From an uncultured virus (IMG/VR IMGVR_UViG_2920970810_000002) (lineage: Duplodnaviria; Heunggongvirae; Uroviricota; Caudoviricetes), in IMG/VR virus record IMGVR_UViG_2920970810_000002: a stretch of DNA of 20,000 nt; one strand, 5' to 3'. Below are positions 16,533 through 20,000 of this stretch, piece by piece (within the stretch, counting starts at the first letter, position 1; each line of letters starts with the position of its first letter). The notes below the pieces were generated by a model. It was given only the letters and a program-made list of their open reading frames with translations. It was not told the DNA's origin and did not search any database. Made by a program: the position numbers and the translations under genes.

Positions 16533-17041
16533 TGCCAGGGACAAAGAGAAAGACTGACGCCGCACCATGGCAACAGGGCAACCGCGATGCGGCGCACGCG
16601 GGCGTGGTCACGCAGCTTGCAGCGCTGAAGCGAATGGCGGTGGTCGAGCTGAAGGCGAAGTGGGAAAGCCTCTTCGGTACACCCGCTCCGAACAACAGCC
16701 GCAGTTACCTCGAACTGAGGCTCAGCTACCGGGTCCAGGAACTGACCCTCGGCGGCCTGACCCGCGAGACGCGGCGGACGCTGGACTTGCTGGCTGACGA
16801 AATCGAGGGCCGGGTCGGGCGCAAGACGATCATCGCGGATCCCCGCAACCCCGTGGTCGGAACCCGCCTCGTGCGTGAATGGGACGGGGTGGAGCACACC
16901 GTCACTGTGATGAAGGACGGCTTCGACTGGCAGGGGCGCAAGTTCAAGTCGCTCTCGGCGGTGGCGCGGGCGATCACCGGCACGCAGTGGAACGGCTACC
17001 GCTTCTTCGGCTTGCGCGAGGCGCGGAGGGACGACCGATGA
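16529..17041 (+). CDS. DUF2924 domain protein
   Basis: ELKAKWESLFG, LELRLSYRVQE..LGGL, GTRLVREWDGVEHTVTV, SLSAVARAITGTQWNGYRFFGL; GGAGG RBS; directly upstream of the recombinase. Confidence 0.9.
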   Translation: MMPGTKRKTDAAPWQQGNRDAAHAGVVTQLAALKRMAVVELKAKWESLFGTPAPNNSRSYLELRLSYRVQELTLGGLTRETRRTLDLLADEIEGRVGRKTIIADPRNPVVGTRLVREWDGVEHTVTVMKDGFDWQGRKFKSLSAVARAITGTQWNGYRFFGLREARRDDR

Positions 17042-18375
17042 GCCGTCATCAGGAAGCCGTCGCGGTCGTTCCGCGCCGCCAGCGCTGCGCCATCTATACC
17101 CGCAAGTCGAGCGAGGAAGGGCTCGACATGGAGTTCAACAGCCTCGACGCCCAGCGCGAGGCTTGCGAGGCCTTTGTGACGAGCCAGAAGGCGGAAGGCT
17201 GGGCCACCATTCGCGAACGCTACGATGACGGCGGCTTCTCCGGTGGCACGCTGGAGCGCCCCGGCTTGAAGCGTCTCATTCAGGACGTCGAAGCCGGTCT
17301 GATCGATGTGATCGTGGTCTACAAGATCGACCGGCTGTCGCGCTCGCTGATGGATTTCGCCAAGCTGGTCGAGATCTTCGACCGCAATCAGGTGACCTTC
17401 GTTTCGATCACGCAGTCGTTCAACACCACGACCTCGATGGGCCGCCTGACCCTGAACATCCTCCTCAGCTTCGCACAGTTCGAGCGGGAGGTGATCGGCG
17501 AGCGCATCCGCGACAAGGTCGCGGCATCCCGCAAGCGCGGCATGTGGATGGGCGGTCACGTCCCGCTGGGCTACGACGTGCGCGACCGCAAGCTGGTCGT
17601 CAACGAAGCGGAAGCCGCGACGGTCCGGATGATCTTCGAGCGCTTCGTCGCCATCGGCTCCGCCACGACGCTGGCGAAAGCGCTCGCGGCCGAGGGCGTT
17701 CTGAACAAGCGCGGCAAGCCGATCGACAAGGGCTTCCTCTACAAACTGATCAACAACCGGGTCTACCTCGGAGAAGCCGTGCACAAGGGCACGGCCTATC
17801 CCGGCGAGCACAAGGCCATCATCGATCAGGCCCTCTGGGACAAGGTTCACAGCATCCTGCAGGAGAGCCCGCGCCTGCGGGCGAAGAACACCCGCCGCCA
17901 GACGCCGGCCCTGCTGAAAGGGATCATCTTCACCGAGACGGGCACGGCGATGACGCCGACCGCGACGAAGAAGGGCACGCGCCTCTACCGCTACTACGCG
18001 TCGATGGACCTGATCCGAAACCGCCCCACCGGCGAGACTTGCGGCCCGCTGCGCTTGCCCGCCGGCATGGTCGAGGACGCCGTCGTCGGCGAAATCCGCC
18101 GCATGATCCGCGCGCCCGAGATCGCGGCGCGGACGATCAAGGCCCTTCGCGAAGAGAGCCCGACGGTCGATGAGAAGGCGGTCGTCCAGGCGCTCGGCGA
18201 ATTCGACCAGCTCTGGGCGGCGCTCTATCCGGCGGAGCAGACCCGCATCGTCCAGCTTCTGGTCGAGCGGGTGACCGTCGGCGAAGACGGCATCGCCGTC
18301 GATTTGCGCCATGAGGGGCTGGGCTCGGTCCTGCGGGACATGATGGCCACCCGCCAGGCGGAGGCCTGCGCATGA
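17038..18375 (+). CDS. Large serine recombinase (resolvase + recombinase domains)
   Basis: CAIYTRKSSEE (catalytic Ser), SLDAQRE, DGGFSGGTLERPGL, VYKIDRLSRS, PLGY, NRVYLG; ATG 17038 overlaps the DUF2924 stop and has a GGAGG RBS. Confidence 0.95.
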   Translation: MSRHQEAVAVVPRRQRCAIYTRKSSEEGLDMEFNSLDAQREACEAFVTSQKAEGWATIRERYDDGGFSGGTLERPGLKRLIQDVEAGLIDVIVVYKIDRLSRSLMDFAKLVEIFDRNQVTFVSITQSFNTTTSMGRLTLNILLSFAQFEREVIGERIRDKVAASRKRGMWMGGHVPLGYDVRDRKLVVNEAEAATVRMIFERFVAIGSATTLAKALAAEGVLNKRGKPIDKGFLYKLINNRVYLGEAVHKGTAYPGEHKAIIDQALWDKVHSILQESPRLRAKNTRRQTPALLKGIIFTETGTAMTPTATKKGTRLYRYYASMDLIRNRPTGETCGPLRLPAGMVEDAVVGEIRRMIRAPEIAARTIKALREESPTVDEKAVVQALGEFDQLWAALYPAEQTRIVQLLVERVTVGEDGIAVDLRHEGLGSVLRDMMATRQAEACA

Positions 18376-18755
18376 CCGACTCGACGAACACCATCCGCGT
18401 CGTCATCCCCCTGACGATCCGCAAACGCAATGGGCGGCCGAAGATCCTCCCGCCCGACGAGGTGACAGTCCGGGACGGCCGGTCGCAAGACCCTCATGTG
18501 CTGCGCGCCATCGCCCGCGCTTGGAACTGGCGGCGGCAGCTGGAATCCGGTGCCGCTTCCACCATTCAGGATATCGCCGCGGCCGAGAAGGTCTCCGACC
18601 GGTTCGTGAGCCGCATGATGCGGCTCGCCTATCTGTCGCCGGAGGTGCTCGAACACCTCGTCATCAGGCGCGTACCACCGGCGCTTTCGCTGAACGACCT
18701 CGTTGCAGTTGCCGATCGGCCGTGGGCAGAGCAGATGGACATGGTTTTTGACTGA
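18372..18755 (+). CDS. Recombinase-associated HTH-like accessory protein (127 aa)
   Basis: IRKRNGRPKI, LRAIARAWNWRRQLESG, IQDIAAAEKVSDRFVSRMMRLAYLSPEV (HTH-like), WAEQ; ATGA overlap with the recombinase. Confidence 0.75.
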   Translation: MTDSTNTIRVVIPLTIRKRNGRPKILPPDEVTVRDGRSQDPHVLRAIARAWNWRRQLESGAASTIQDIAAAEKVSDRFVSRMMRLAYLSPEVLEHLVIRRVPPALSLNDLVAVADRPWAEQMDMVFD

Positions 18756-18774
18756 GCGCGCCGGCGCCCTGGTA

Positions 18775-19611
18775 TCAATGGAAGCCTGCCACGAATGCTG
18801 TGGCCGTGAGTGTGACGTGGGCATCGAGCGGCGGATACAGTTCGAAGGCCTTCGGCTCACGCGAGAAGTTCCAAAGCCGGAACAAGCACCATTCGGATCG
18901 GCGCTCGTCTGCTACCGCGAGCTCGTTGCGGGTGATGTGGAAGGGCGTCCGTTCCCAGCCGTTCGTCGTCTTCACCTCGATCAAGCGCGCCTGGCCATCT
19001 GGCGCGAAACTCGCGATGTCATAGCCTGCGCCATCCCCGTCCTCCTCAGACACCCAACGGACCTTTCGCGCCAAGTCATCACGTCCCGCCGACCGTAGCG
19101 ATGCCCACTCATGCGCCAGAACGCGCTCCTCGCCGGCGCGACCGAGGGCGCGGTTGCGCTCGTCCCGGCCTGCCACATCGAACTTGCCTGCGATGTGCAG
19201 CATCTGCTCCAGCTCTAGCGGTGGCGGCTGGTTCGACAGCGTCGGCGGCGGGCCGATCCAGATCGGTGCGGATTCTTCAAGACCCGTCGCCGGGCGCGAG
19301 TCTGGCAGACGGCCGAGCCACGCGGGGTTGATTGCCAACCACCGTACCACCGCGTCGACGAGCGACATTTGGAAATTGAACGCAGGCTTGTAGCCGGGGA
19401 TCCAGTCCTCGCCGAGCCCCTTCAGAACCGCGCTGATGTTCTGGTGCTTGAACTCGATCGATCCCTCCGAACGGCCGTTCAGCAACGGCAGGAGCGTACG
19501 GCGATGCTCTGCCTTGCTGTACGGGCGTCCGAAGACGTCGTCGGCCAGCATCGCGAAGTAATCCGCGACGATCAGATCGTTCTCCTCATCGGTCCAAGGC
19601 TCGCTCGACAT
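18775..19611 (-). CDS. DUF3883 (NO VEIN C-terminal) PD-(D/E)XK nuclease-like protein
   Basis: LGRAGEERV, DGDGAGYDIASF, RLIEVKTT, FHITRNE motifs; N-terminal WTDEE...RSEGSIEFKHQNIS domain. Confidence 0.85.
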   Translation of the reverse strand: MSSEPWTDEENDLIVADYFAMLADDVFGRPYSKAEHRRTLLPLLNGRSEGSIEFKHQNISAVLKGLGEDWIPGYKPAFNFQMSLVDAVVRWLAINPAWLGRLPDSRPATGLEESAPIWIGPPPTLSNQPPPLELEQMLHIAGKFDVAGRDERNRALGRAGEERVLAHEWASLRSAGRDDLARKVRWVSEEDGDGAGYDIASFAPDGQARLIEVKTTNGWERTPFHITRNELAVADERRSEWCLFRLWNFSREPKAFELYPPLDAHVTLTATAFVAGFH

Positions 19612-19939
19612 TAGGCCAGGCTACTGACGTCGCGGCCATTTGTCATCGAAAGTCAAAGAACCTTCGGGTCCTTGATCCCCCGCATAACGACGGGCTGCGC
19701 ACGGCTTCCCCCGAATATGCCTACCGCGTGTTCCCCCGGCGGCCACGCCAACCGGAAGAACGCCCGCTGAATCCATTGTCGAGCGACCTGCGAAACCCGT
19801 TGGAAACGCTGGCCTTCGCGAAGCCGAACCGGGCCGGACGAGGTTCGCTCGGTTAGAGACGGAGGGCTGTTCGGAGACGGAAATTGGACCCGGCGCCAGT
19901 CTCCGAGGTTCGGGCGTCTCGGCTAAGCGCCTTTGAAAC

Positions 19940-19968
19940 AAAAAGAAAAAGGCCCCCAACGGGAGCCT
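19940..19968 (-). terminator. Rho-independent terminator for a - strand transcript entering from the right edge
   Basis: - strand AGGCTCCC-GTT-GGGGGCCT-TTTTCTTTTT. Confidence 0.7.
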
Positions 19969-19992
19969 CATCTCGGGTTCGCTACAAGATAA

Positions 19993-20000
19993 TGGCGGAG
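19993..20000 (-). tRNA. Probable 3' end (CTCCGCCA) of a tRNA, possibly tRNA-Ser, or its att duplicate; rest is outside the window
   Basis: TGGCGGAG is the reverse complement of CTCCGCCA (G discriminator + CCA), with a - strand terminator 24 nt downstream. Only 8 nt are visible. Confidence 0.4.

Larger units (their letters stand above)
1..19992. mobile_element. Prophage-like integrative element, early/replication and integration end; continues beyond the left edge
   Basis: Phage-type replication/recombination operon, XRE + ImmA/IrrE switch, AlpA/Xis-like HTH, DUF2924 + large serine recombinase, and a probable tRNA 3' end at the right edge. No virion structural genes are in this window. Confidence 0.85.

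Noticed and set aside
16996..18312. 438-aa - strand ORF
   Set aside because: Shadow of the serine recombinase gene.
19621..19971. 116-aa - strand ORF
   Set aside because: It runs through the terminator and terminal repeats, is low-complexity and has no recognisable motif.

Overview
High-GC, alphaproteobacterial-looking DNA that lies almost entirely within the early/integration end of a prophage-like integrative element. On the - strand, 1-8472 is a replication/recombination operon: AlpA/Xis-like HTH, two hypotheticals, Sak4-like AAA ATPase, SSB-like protein, SF2 helicase, DUF6511 protein, Cas4-like nuclease, primase-AAA helicase, an iteron-rich spacer and a RuvC-like resolvase cut by the left edge. 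8639-11915 (-) is a control region: two unknown genes, an ImmA/IrrE metallopeptidase and an XRE repressor, with three copies of a palindromic operator AATNCGC-N6-GCGNATT. 12070-16171 (+) is a lower-GC, translationally coupled three-gene cargo operon (C2H2 zinc-finger/helical protein, coiled-coil protein, atypical Hsp70 with a Cys-rich tail). This is the best candidate for an undescribed system, possibly anti-phage. 16308-18755 (+) is the integration module (small protein, DUF2924, large serine recombinase, accessory protein), followed by a DUF3883 nuclease-like gene (-). The window ends with a terminator and what looks like the CCA 3' end of a - strand tRNA, the probable insertion site. Family calls come from motif recognition only; no database searches were run.
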